This document shows, piece after piece, positions 52,989 through 64,000 of a stretch of 64,000 nt of DNA. Position 1 is the first letter of the stretch, and each line of letters begins with the position of its first letter. The notes under the pieces were generated by a model that was given only the letters and a program-made list of their open reading frames with translations, did no database searches and was not told the origin of the DNA. The stretch is from assembly GCF_006345805.1 (NCBI RefSeq), contig NC_043003.1, positions 6,448,001-6,512,000 on the forward strand, given 5' to 3'. The position numbers and the translations under genes are program-made. Source of the DNA: Octopus sinensis (Eukaryota).

Positions 52989-54327
52989 TAAACTAGGCAG
53001 GGTGTGGAGATAGAAATTGATATTGAGGAGAGAGAGCAACGTAAGGGTCAACAAAACAATATATAATAAAAGAATATGATGCATAATAAATATAATACTT
53101 TGGACAAACCTTAGTCATTCACCGAACTCGTTAACTAATGATGTCCTTGCTTAAGGATATTCTCAGATGACACATTACAACGCCTATTTTTACTATAACT
53201 ACTCTGCGTTATCTTTATATATAAAAGGCTCCTAAGTGATACCATATATTTTGCTTCTCTCTCTCTCAGGAACCTCTGTGAGAGCAGCTTGTCAGCACAC
53301 TGTGAGTCTGATTTGGTAAGCGGTGTCGGGTAGGGGAAAGAGTTAAACATCACTGGTTACACTGGTATTAGAATATTTATTTCTTTATTGCCCCCAGTGA
53401 GCAATAAAGAATAGAGGGGACAAACTAAAACAGACAAGGGGATTAAGTTGATTAAATCGACCCCTGTGCGTAACTGGTACTTATATAATCGACCCCGAAA
53501 GGATGAAAGGCAAAGTCAACCTCAACGAAATTCGAACTCAGAACGTAGCGGAAGACGAAACACCTATTTCTTTACTACCCACAAGGGGATGAACACAGAG
53601 AGGACAAACAAAGACAGACAAACGGATTAAGTCGATTACATCGACTCCAGTACGTAACTGGTACTTATTTTATCGACCCCGAAAGGATGAAAGGCAAAGT
53701 CGACCTCGGCGAAATTTCAACTCAGAACGTAACGGCAGACGAAATACCTACTTCTTTACTACCCGCAAGGGGCTAAACATGGAGGGGACAAACATGGACG
53801 GACAAACGGATTAAGTCGATTACATCGACCCCAGTGCGTAACTGGTACTTATTTTATCGACCCCGAAAGGATGAAAGGCAAAGTCGACCTCAGCGGAATT
53901 TGAACTCAGAACGTAACGGTAGACGAAATACGGCTTCGCATTTCGCCCGGCGTGCTAACGATTCTGCCAGCTCGCCGCCTTAAGATATTAAAATATTAAA
54001 ATATTACTGAAAGTGCATGTCTCTTACGAATAAATGAAAACCTCTCCGCATACACAGACGGGTCTATAAATACTATGTTCAAATAGAGTAAAGTGTGAAT
54101 TATATTGTATGAGGAAGACAGAAATGGAGCGACAATGATCGACAGAATCGTTATTAAGTAAATCTGTTGAGTAAAGAAGAAGAAGTTTAGTAAGATAAGG
54201 ACATAGGTTTAGTTTCACTAGGGTTTAATTATGATATGTATTATATTATGAATTATAAGCTAGGCAGGGTGTGGAAATAGAAATTGAGGAGAGAGAGAGA
54301 GAGAGCAACGCAAGGGTCAACAAAAGA

Positions 54328-55133
54328 TCTCTCTATATATAAACGGCAGTTTGTCTGTCTGTGTGTCTGTGTGCCTGTTAGGTTGTACCCTCACCCTGAC
54401 CATGGCTTTCAACCGATTCTGATGAAACTTGACACACACATAGCCCAATGTCATAATTCAAAACTAACGCAGCGAAAGTTTGAAAAGCTCCTCCAGTTCT
54501 GAAAAAAAATCGCTAAATTCGACATGGGTCGAGAATCTAAGCTTTTTATATGCAACACATTTTCTACAGACTGTCTAGGGGACGCAACTCGACCTTTTTA
54601 ACTCTCGGAACACGTGGGGTAAGTATCCCAAAATGTATAAAAATGTACAAAAACGGCAAAAAAGCGGGCAGCAATGTGAGTGACAACAACGATAAAGTCA
54701 AAAGTGACCAAACTGAACAAACGAATGGAAAAGTTTTTTTGATGCACACGACAAAAGCGGTTTATAATAAACCAAGAGTTTGCAAGTAGCGTCCGAGGAC
54801 CCTTAGGGTACGTCAAAAATTTAAGGTAAAACGTTTGGGGTGGTAGTTATAAAGAAAGTGTAAACAAAAAAAGTATTCGAAAAACTTGCGGCTGCAGCAG
54901 CTATTAGCAGAAGTGGCGGTGTTGGGGGTAAAGTCTCGAATGTAATTTCTTCCTGGTAGGAATTGGTTGGGTTGAATTATCGATAGCTGTTTGATAGTTA
55001 TTTGGGAGTGAAGAGAAGACATTGCAGCCTACACATGCGCCTTCGTTCCCTAGAGGGAAAGGACTAGATTGGGATTAGTCGTTGCCTACTAGGGTCTCTT
55101 ACATACCCGTGCAACGCCGGGCTATGCTGCTAG
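54328..55133 (+). mobile_element. non-autonomous Helitron (family H2)
   Basis: A|TCTCTCTATATATAAACGGC...CCCGTGCAACGCCGGG..CTGCTAG|T; absent from tandem units 1 and 2. Confidence 0.88.
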
Positions 55134-55324
55134 TATATAATAAAAGAATATGATGCATAATAAATATAATACTTTGGACAATCCTTAGTCATTCACCGAA
55201 CTCGTTAATTAATGATGTCCTTGCTTAAGGATATTCTCAGATGACACATTACTTCACCTATTTTTACTATAACTACTCTGCGTTATTATAACTAAAAGGC
55301 TCCTAAGTGATACCATATATTTTG

Positions 55325-55359
<35 letters not shown>

Positions 55360-55374
55360 ATACACACACATACT

Positions 55375-55385
55375 GTCTATCTATC

Positions 55386-55444
<59 letters not shown>

Positions 55445-55479
55445 GTGTCTATCTATCTGTCTGTCTATCTATCTGTCTG

Positions 55480-55546
<67 letters not shown>

Positions 55547-55547
55547 G

Positions 55548-55587
<40 letters not shown>

Positions 55588-55588
55588 G

Positions 55589-55668
<80 letters not shown>

Positions 55669-55670
55669 AA
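55375..55670 (+). repeat. (CTAT)n microsatellite
   Basis: Direct inspection. Confidence 0.97.
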
Positions 55671-56140
55671 TGATATCCATCTATATATCACACATGATTT
55701 AAATACATCTTTGAAAGGCAAATTTACTGCGGTATTTATACAGAGATGATAACTCTCATGGAAACATACATCGGACGGAGAGGAAGCCCATCCCAGCTGC
55801 GGCTACATTAAACGAGTCATCAATGTTGTCATATTTAATGTAAATACATCGTTGAAAGGCAATTTCGTGCGGCACTTGTCCAGATATAACATCTCCTGTG
55901 AACGTGCTGTGTGTAAAAGGAGAGTATGTATCGGAGGAAGGAGACAACACCAAAGTAGGTTCCCCTTGCAGTGATGCATTTACTTCAAGTATGAAACGGA
56001 GACAGATATATTAATTTAATAACGCTTCTATTGTATAGCACACAAACTCGTATGTATGTATGTATGTATGTATGTATGTATGTATGTATGTATGTATGTA
56101 TGTATGTATGTATGTATGTATGTATGTATGTATGTATGTA

Positions 56141-57148
56141 TGATTGTCTACCTGGGAAGCTCTGTTAATAGATATAGCAATTTGGATGATGAAATTCCAT
56201 ACAGAATTAGGAAAGCAAGTGATGCTTTCGGAAGGCTGGAAAGGCGCCTCTGGAGTCGACGAGACATATGCAGAAAGACAAAGATAAATGTGTACAAGGC
56301 ATGTGTGCTTCCTTCTCTTCTCTATGCCTGCGAGACGTGGGTCACATATCGAAACCACCTTAAACGACTGGAACGTTTCCATCAGATGTGCCTCAGATGG
56401 ATCTATGGCATTAAGTGGAAGGACCGCATCAGTGATCTTGAAATATTGGAAGGCTCTCGGTGTGAAAGTATAGAAGCTCTTGCGTTAAAGCAAAGGCTCA
56501 TATGGAGTGGTCATCTGGTCAGAATGAAGGATTCAAGGATGCCAAAACAACTCTTTTATGGAGAGTTAGCAAAAGGAGAACGACCTCCACATAAACCAAA
56601 AAAGAGGTATAAAGACATGGGAGGGCATAGCTATTGACAGTAGCAGGTGGAGAAAGATTGTGCACGAGGGAACAGCTACTTTTGAGAAATCTCAAGTTAC
56701 GAATGAGAAAGTAAGGAGGGATGTCAGGAGGGCATCGCTGTTGCACTTCCAGACAGTAAGGGTTTTTCTATGACACTGACATGCAGCGTCTGTACAAGAC
56801 CCTGCCTCAGTAAAGCTGGACTCATGAGTCATCTTCGTAGTCATAAAACGAGACAGATGATTGACTACCAGGCCGCTTGGTGGTGGTGCTACACACCATA
56901 CTAATCATATCTGTCGGCATGTGGAGGAGAGTGTAATTCGGCAGGAGGACTTAAACGACATGCAAAGGTACATGAAGCCCAAATCCAATTACAGCCCGTT
57001 ATTGCAAGTAAGGGTTTTAGCTACCAATTCTGTACAAGACATTGTAGATCTTTAGCTGGGCTAAAAATTCACATTCGATCACAGCACCAGTAACAGTTAA
57101 ATCTCGTGCAATGGCCATATTCGATAACGAGGGGGCAGCCATCATGGA

Positions 57149-57150
<2 letters not shown>
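56141..57150 (+). mobile_element. 5'-truncated RTE-clade LINE (late RT/C-terminal region, C2H2 fingers, 3' UTR)
   Basis: YLGS......LDDEI..RI.KAS.AFGRL..RLW.......TKI.VYKACVLPSLLYACETW..YR.H.K.LERFHQ.CLR.I..IKW.D.I...EIL.....SIE.......L.WSGH.VRM.D.R.PKQL.YGEL..G.R...KPKKRYKD is the hallmark RTE C-terminal region; frameshifted after ~56625. Confidence 0.95.
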
Positions 57151-57190
<40 letters not shown>

Positions 57191-57297
57191 ATATATATAT
57201 AGATATATATATATATATGTGTGGGTGTGTGGTGTGTGTGTGTGTGGTGTGTGTGTGTGTGTGTGTGGTGTGTATGTGTGTGTGTGTGTGTGTGTGT

Positions 57298-57600
57298 GGA
57301 GGCGCAATGGCCCAGTGGTTAAGGCAGCGGACTCGCGTCGTAGGATCGCGGTTTCGATTCCCAGACCGGGCGTTGTGTGTGTTTATTGAGCGAAAACACC
57401 TAAAAGCTCCACGAGGTCCAGCAGGGGATGGTGATCCCTGCTGTACTCTTTCACCACTCTTTCTCTCACTCTTTGTCTGTTGACCTGCTCGCTTAGCCAG
57501 CGGGGTGCGTCATTCGAAGGCTAAAAACAATGCGAAGCGCATTGTGACCAGCGATGTTGTAGCAACATCTGATGGTCTGGTCGGTCACGTGATTACGTGA
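57298..57600 (+). mobile_element. SINE family C
   Basis: Matches 18752-19100 head; tail matches 17590-17700(-). Confidence 0.85.
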
Positions 57601-57614
57601 TATATATATATAAT

Positions 57615-57659
<45 letters not shown>

Positions 57660-57663
<4 letters not shown>

Positions 57664-58003
57664 GGGTAAAGAGACCCCCTTCGGTCATGAGTGACCATGG
57701 GTTTGCACCTAGAGAGTTACCCTCTGAGGCACAAGTTGGGCAAGGTTGTTTTATGGAAGACCAGTAGTAGTCGCCCATGCATACCGGCCTCCCTCTCCAG
57801 CCACCAGTGTTATCCAAGGGAAGGACAAAGGGCCGATACAGCTTGGCACCTGTGACGTCGCAACTCATTTCTACAGCTGAGTGAACTGGAGCCAAGTGAA
57901 ATAAAGTGTCTTGCTCAAGAACACAACACGCAGCCCGGTCCGGGATTCGAGCTCACAACCTCACGATCGTAAGCTCGACGCTCTAACCACTGAGCCATGC
58001 GCA
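57660..58003 (-). mobile_element. tRNA-headed SINE family D (CORE-like central block)
   Basis: Minus strand GCGCATGGCTCAGTGGTTAGAGCGTCG...TCGAATCCCGG then TTGAGCAAGACACTTTATTTCAC...CAGCTGTAGAAATGAGT; partial copy at 36260-36400. Confidence 0.8.
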
Positions 58004-58012
58004 TATATATAT

Positions 58013-58130
<118 letters not shown>

Positions 58131-58658
58131 AGTTGTATACTGTCAACCTTATGTGACAGTCCCGTAAAGGAGAATCACACCACCGCTATTTAGCCCTAGG
58201 AAGCATCAACGCTTCCTGTCGGCCTTGACAAATTTCCTGTGTCCTTATGTTTACAAAGGGGAGACAAGCACCCCCATCCATCTAAGCCTGCACCCAGAGA
58301 CTAGTTTCTGCATCTTTGCTCGTCATCAGTCTGGAGTAGCCTGGCTTGCTTTTCGCTTTATTATAGGCACAATGGCCTGATTATATAGAGGGGACATAAC
58401 AAAACAAACGGGAAAATGAAACAAATGATGTATGGTTGATGGAATGATTAACAAATAATGAGAATGAGAATGAGACGGTTCGACTTACTTCCGCTGCGAG
58501 ACGAACCGTGAACTTTTCACATTAACTCTCAATAGCATCGGGTCTCAGTGTGAGGCGAAACCACGATGGTCTTCTTATCATTATCGTATAAAATGTATCC
58601 TTAATTGTTCACATTAGTCTTTCTATTTTCTCTTTTTTTTTTCCAAGCATTACATTTT

Positions 58659-58692
<34 letters not shown>

Positions 58693-58836
58693 TTTCACAA
58701 AACCAATAACGCAGGTTCGATTCTCAGTTCAGTTGCAGTTCAGTTCACATTTTTTCTTTTTAAACATCAGTTGCATTACACTCGTAATTATACTTACCGT
58801 CTACGTTTTTTCATCACATTTATTCTTTATACGACA

Positions 58837-59233
58837 CTAGCAGTATCGTCCGGCGTTGCTCGGGTTTGTAAGGGAAATAACTATATAAGCATTTTTAGAG
58901 ATGTAAAGTATAATAGCCATCTCAATATGGCTAACCACAAAGGAGGGGGGTGTTACTGTAGTTTTTTACGTTCTGAGATTTAATAATAAATTTTTAGAGA
59001 GTTACTTCCCTTATATATGCCAAAAATGCATTAAAATGGGAAAAATTGATGGTAAATTTTTTTTAAATCGTAGACTCATCATAGACACGCGCTAATACCG
59101 AGAAGGGCTCGATATGAATCACGACTATAAGATACCCGGTTTTGGTTAAACTTCACCGCAAAATGTGGGAGTAGTTAGGAATCTAAATCGTAGGAGACAG
59201 ACACTCACACAACTTCACTTTTATATATAAAGA
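58837..59233 (-). mobile_element. non-autonomous Helitron (family H1) nested in the ITR element
   Basis: A|TC...CTAG|T termini; matches 50937-51334. Confidence 0.88.
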
Positions 59234-59234
59234 T

Positions 59235-60380
59235 TTCTTCTTCCTCTCGTTCTCTCTCTTTTCTTGTGTTTTCCTTCTCGAGTCTACCGCTTCCTTCACA
59301 TCCTCCTCCGTTTGTGTACCAGTAATTTCTCCCGGCTGCAAAGACGTCTCTTCCATCTGTTCTTCTTTATCTTTGACCTTAAACAACTCTAGATTTTCTC
59401 GCTCTGTTTCGTCTTCGTTTTGCACTTCCATCGCTCTCTCTCTCTCTTTTCTATAGTTGGTTCCTCAGTGTTACCGTTCTGATATGTTATATTCTCTGCT
59501 ATTCCTTTACTTTTTCTCGTTTCTTCTAAAGTTGGTGACTTTTTACTTTCTCTCTTCCTGCTCTTCACCATATTCCTTCTATTATTGTTCTCCTTCTTCT
59601 CTTCGTCGGCTGCTTTTTCTCCCACCGTTGTTTCCAACCTTTTCACTACTTCTGTATTCGAATATTTCCTTCGCATATGCCCCCTTATGCCATACAAGTA
59701 GCATTTTGGGGGTCTTCCCTGCAGCACAATATCCAACTTTTCACCGGTCGGTAATTCTACCGTTTCTGGTATTTCTTCATAGTATTCTGAGGTTATAGCG
59801 CAAACTGCTTCAATTTCATAACCCCAAAATTCAAACATTGTGTTTTGCTCACTGTTAGTACGTTCAACTTTGTATTTCCTCTCTTCAAATTCTCTCCGAA
59901 GATTGCCACTATTACCCATTCCGGCTCTATTATGGGTGGGATTCTTCCAACTCTAATTTTCACCAACTTTTTTCCTGGTTTGTCGGGAATGAGAGTCCAC
60001 CTATTTCCTTCTATCACTTGGTCGTTCCTCTTTGCCGCCTCCACATTTTCAAATATAATATTTACCTTGCCGTATTGACTTCCTCTATTTATGAAAACCA
60101 CTCTATCCATACAGCACGATACCATTGCTTCTATTTGAAATTCAGGTGCTATTTCAATCCTCCTGGATTCCTTGCAGAATGTTCCGTATATTATTGTTGG
60201 ATTCCTTAACAATTCCTTTTTCTCCTCCGATATTATAAGCTTCACATTCGTTGCCTCTCTTTCTACTTTGCTCATGCATCTCTTCATCTTTTCAGGGTCC
60301 CAATTCAACGTCTTCGGTGCTAGGCTTCTTAATTTCACTTTTTCCGGGTCCTTCGCTGTCGCTTCCGCGTAGCTCTTCAT
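59235..60380 (-). pseudogene. frameshifted LINE ORF1/gag-like protein with degenerate CCHC knuckle
   Basis: Joining ORFs 59793-60593 and 59389-59919 gives ...KIRVGRIPP.IEPEWV...WGYEIEAVC...IPETVELPTGEKLDIVLQGRPPKCYLYGIRGHMRRKY (Cx2[C>Y]x4Hx4[C>Y]) and a K/E-rich tail, typical of Tx1/L1-group ORF1p. Confidence 0.7.
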
Positions 60381-60704
60381 TTCTAATTTTTCTTTCACCG
60401 ACAAACGTCGGCTTCGCACGCACTTTCGATTAGCTTCTCTCAAAAAACAACAAAAATTTGGAGTAGCATGGCTTGCTAGCTGCAGATGCTTGTCTAGGCC
60501 CCGTAAACATATAGTGCTCAGGAAATGTGTCAAGGCCGACAGGAAGCGTTGATGCTTCCTAGGGCTAAATAGCGGTGGTGTGATTCCCTTCATGGTACTG
60601 TCACATTAAGTTGACAGTATACAACTGCTCTATCGTACCACCACTGCTTATATCCCTCTGAGATATTTAGAAATGTAATATATATATATATATATATATA
60701 TATC

Positions 60705-60980
60705 ATCATCATCATCATCATCATCGTCGTTTAACGTCCGTTCTCCATGCTAGCATGGGTTGGACGGTTCGACCGGGGTTCTGGGGAAGCCAGAAGGCTG
60801 CACCAGGCTCCAGTCTAATTTGGCAATGTTTCTACAGCTGGATGCCCTTCCTAACGCCAACCACTCCGTGAGTGTAGTGGGTGCTTTTTACGTGCCACCT
60901 GCACAGGTGCCAGGCGGGGCTGGCAACGGCCACGGTCAGATTGGTGTATTTTATGTGCCACCGGCACGGAAGCCAGTCGA
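60705..60980 (+). mobile_element. (CAT)n-associated dispersed repeat
   Basis: Matches 12955-13112(-). Confidence 0.75.
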
Positions 60981-60997
60981 GGCGGTGCTGGCATCGG

Positions 60998-61046
<49 letters not shown>

Positions 61047-61049
61047 ATG

Positions 61050-61083
<34 letters not shown>

Positions 61084-61147
61084 TGTATGAATGTATGTAT
61101 GTATGTATGTATGTATGTATGTATGTATGTATGAATGTATGTATGTA

Positions 61148-61656
61148 CCGTAAATCCGCATTTTCTCCCCAAAATTTAAAGGTCAAAATCCTTAGTGCGT
61201 ACTATATACGAGGTTAAAAATGAAAAATATTTTCTAAGCCATGTCCGAGTCTCTATTTGCTGTCCGGCAATGTTTATTCAGATGCATTTTGTGATGTCAG
61301 GTGTGAAAATACCTTAAGCTAAGCCTGAAAGCAATGAAGTCATAAAAGAATCATCCATAACTTGCAGTAAGCAACATTTATTAGAATAAAAGTATTCAGA
61401 ACACAGAATAACATGTAACAATAACAGTTTGCAAACATATTTACATTCACATATAACAGTTAAGAACATCACCATTATTGTATTACGCATGCGCGTAAGT
61501 GTTTGTTCGGTTAGGTGCTGCTGGCTTAATTACGCACGACTCAAGTTAGAAATAGGGTGCGTATTATATGCAAGGTTTAGGTTTTTCAAAGGTACATCCC
61601 CCTAAAATTCCCATGCGTATTATACTCAAGGGCGGGCTATACTCGACGATTTATGA
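61148..61656. mobile_element. pogo/Tc1-like MITE
   Basis: TA|CCGTAAATCC ... CTATACTCGACGATTTATGA|TA: degenerate TIRs with TA duplication. Confidence 0.6.
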
Positions 61657-62155
61657 TACGTATGTATGCATGTATGTACGTATGTACTTATGTATGTACG
61701 TGAGTATTTAGGTAAGTGTGTAGACGTGTCTGTGTGTGTGTGTACATGTGTATGTACATGTGAACGTATGTTTATGTACTGATATGTATCTGTTCAAGTT
61801 GTATACATGACTGTTACGTTGTTGAAGGTTGTATACACACACACATATACATACATACGCATATACATATATATAGATACACAGATATATGTGTGTGAGT
61901 GCGTTTGTCCCTTTCACCATCGTCTAACGGTGAATGGATACAACGTCTTATATACATATATGCACATATAACCTTACTTATACATATATACAAGTACACA
62001 CAATCATATAGACACACACATACTCACAAATATACGTATAATCTTAAAATATACACACATATATACTTATCCATATATATATATGACACTATAATAAAGG
62101 ATAACGGTTAAAATTCAAATTTGTTATTTTATTATTATTTTTGAATCTTTTTTCG

Positions 62156-62272
<117 letters not shown>

Positions 62273-62346
62273 GAACAGAATTTTGAAGGGAATCTAACAG
62301 TTTTTGTGTGTTTCTTAAATGGCTTATAAACACCTTCCACGCTGCA

Positions 62347-62379
<33 letters not shown>

Positions 62380-62818
62380 GTGTGTGTGTGTGTGTGTGTG
62401 TGTATGTTTTTATTTTTTCCCAGGTTTTACTCCTGACCTCTCATCCTTCTGGTGTCTTTGGCAATTCTTGACTCCTCTCCACCTTCTTTCATATCTTTCT
62501 CTGATAAAAATACTATTTATTCACACACTACACCCCACTCTATCATTGTATCACTCCAAATAAATTAACAAGTCGTCCATCATTAAGGGGTCAACCCTAA
62601 GCGTTATACAAGATGTGTCAAAAACCTTAGAGATGCGCTATTTTCGAGAATGTTCATCTTTACAAGGGAAAGAACTCTATCCTTACACAGGATTATTTCC
62701 CTTGCATTAATACTCTTACCAGTGACTGCACACCTAGTTTGCGTGTTTCAGTGCATGTGTATTATGTACGTGTGTGTCTCTCTGCGCACGCTCGCACACG
62801 TGGCCATTTCTGTGTGTG

Positions 62819-62870
<52 letters not shown>

Positions 62871-63371
62871 GTAAAATAAATATAAACAGCTGTCTACAAT
62901 GTTTCACCAAAATTCAGAATTACAAACGTCACTAAATGTGACCAGGGTGCCAAGAAACACCCACATTGCTAGAAATAAGAGCTAAAACCGTTCTAATGCT
63001 GTAGTTAACACCCATGAATACTAACAGGGAGCTGAATCGTCCGAAAAATGCTGAGCGAGATACACACAGACTCGAGTTTCTGGATGGTTACCCCTCCTCA
63101 GCGTGTATTAATCACCAGCTAGTCGTGAAAACTCCATTCGCAAAAATACTATATGCGAACGTCCGTGTGTATCACGTAAGGTTAGGGATGGGAGCGATGA
63201 CCGCCCCTCGCAAACACTGATCAGACACAGAATGTGTATCGTTAGCCAACTAGAAGAGACGTCAGTTGCACTGTCCCGTATAGGACGCCACACTTGGTTG
63301 GCAATTATATGTTAAGATTCCATATTGCTACTGTTTATATCTCGCTCAGAGATTTAATATACCCTCTCTTT

Positions 63372-63402
<31 letters not shown>

Positions 63403-63445
63403 CACACACATATATATATATATACATATTAATATACCCTCTCTT

Positions 63446-63477
<32 letters not shown>

Positions 63478-63485
63478 TATATATA

Positions 63486-63765
63486 CATATTAGAGGGAAA
63501 CCACTATGTGAACATCCTTAGCTAGAAATAGATCCGCTATCGTCTTACCACTAAGAAATGTTCTCAAGAAAAATTTAGCAAAACAACCAAAACGTAATCG
63601 AGCAGACAAAAGAAAAAGCAATAAAAATATGGATTTCTTTCGTCTTGCTCGATTACGTTTTGGTTGTTTTGCTAAATTTTTCTTGAGAACATTTCTTGGT
63701 GGTAAGACCATAGCGGATCTATTTCTAGCATACGGATGTCCACATAGTGGTTTCTCTCTAATATG
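63486..63765. mobile_element. foldback MITE, ~125-bp arms, TA TSD
   Basis: TA|CATATTAGAG...CTCTAATATG|TA; arms 63486-63610 and 63637-63765. Confidence 0.8.
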
Positions 63766-64000
63766 TAAATAATACAATTTTACTGAACCTTCAGTTCTTT
63801 TTATATGCTAGACCACTGGTGTGAAATCGATGTTAATTAAATTAATATCTAATTTCTCACACTCATTTAAAATATACATGTATATATTATAGATATAGTA
63901 TATATATATATATATATATAAACTGACTAGAGTCACCGAAACGCGGCGTAGATGAAACAGGACAACTGAAGAAAGGGGAAAATTCTTTATGTTCTTTGTC

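Larger units (their letters stand above)
50157..55330. repeat. three-unit tandem segmental duplication (units ~1458, 1654 and ~2060 bp)
   Basis: GGAACCTCTGTGAGAGCAG starts at 50157, 51615 and 53269. Identical ORFs at 51481-51699 and 53135-53353 are 1654 bp apart. Confidence 0.93.
58131..60626 (-). mobile_element. composite ITR-bounded element with Tx1/L1-like ORF1
   Basis: 58131-58270 and 60487-60626 are inverted repeats; internal ORF1-like gene, poly(A) and hammerhead-like motif. Confidence 0.6.

Noticed and set aside
57298-57370. Functional tRNA genes at SINE heads (also 15900, 18752, 57930-58003)
   Set aside because: They have A/B-box-like motifs but no complete cloverleaf or acceptor stem, and each continues into a repeated SINE body.
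58131-60626. Canonical DIRS or LTR retrotransposon
   Set aside because: No RT/RNase H, tyrosine recombinase or integrase remnants and no direct LTRs; kept only as an unclassified ITR element.

Overview
Eukaryotic, AT-rich, repeat-saturated DNA with no host protein-coding exon I can recognise, so it is probably intergenic or deep intronic. The tRNA-headed SINE families, the (TA)n/(TG)n/(TATG)n/(GATA)n microsatellites and TTAGGG motifs suggest an octopod cephalopod (Octopus-like) genome; this is inference, not a database match. Almost all ORFs in the supplied track are microsatellite or SINE artefacts. Recognisable protein-coding relics are all transposon-derived: an RTE LINE with three C-terminal C2H2 fingers, CR1/L2-type 3' ends, a REL-type LINE 3' end, a near full-length decayed mariner, a maT/DD37D-type transposase and a Tx1/L1-like ORF1 with a zinc knuckle. 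Other content: non-autonomous Helitrons, several MITE/foldback families with verifiable TSDs, a U2 snRNA fragment, SINE concatemers, a three-unit 1.5-2.1 kb tandem duplication and several minimal hammerhead-like motifs. The most unusual structure is at 58131-60626: ~140-bp inverted terminal repeats enclosing an ORF1-only, poly(A)-tailed unit and a hammerhead-like motif.
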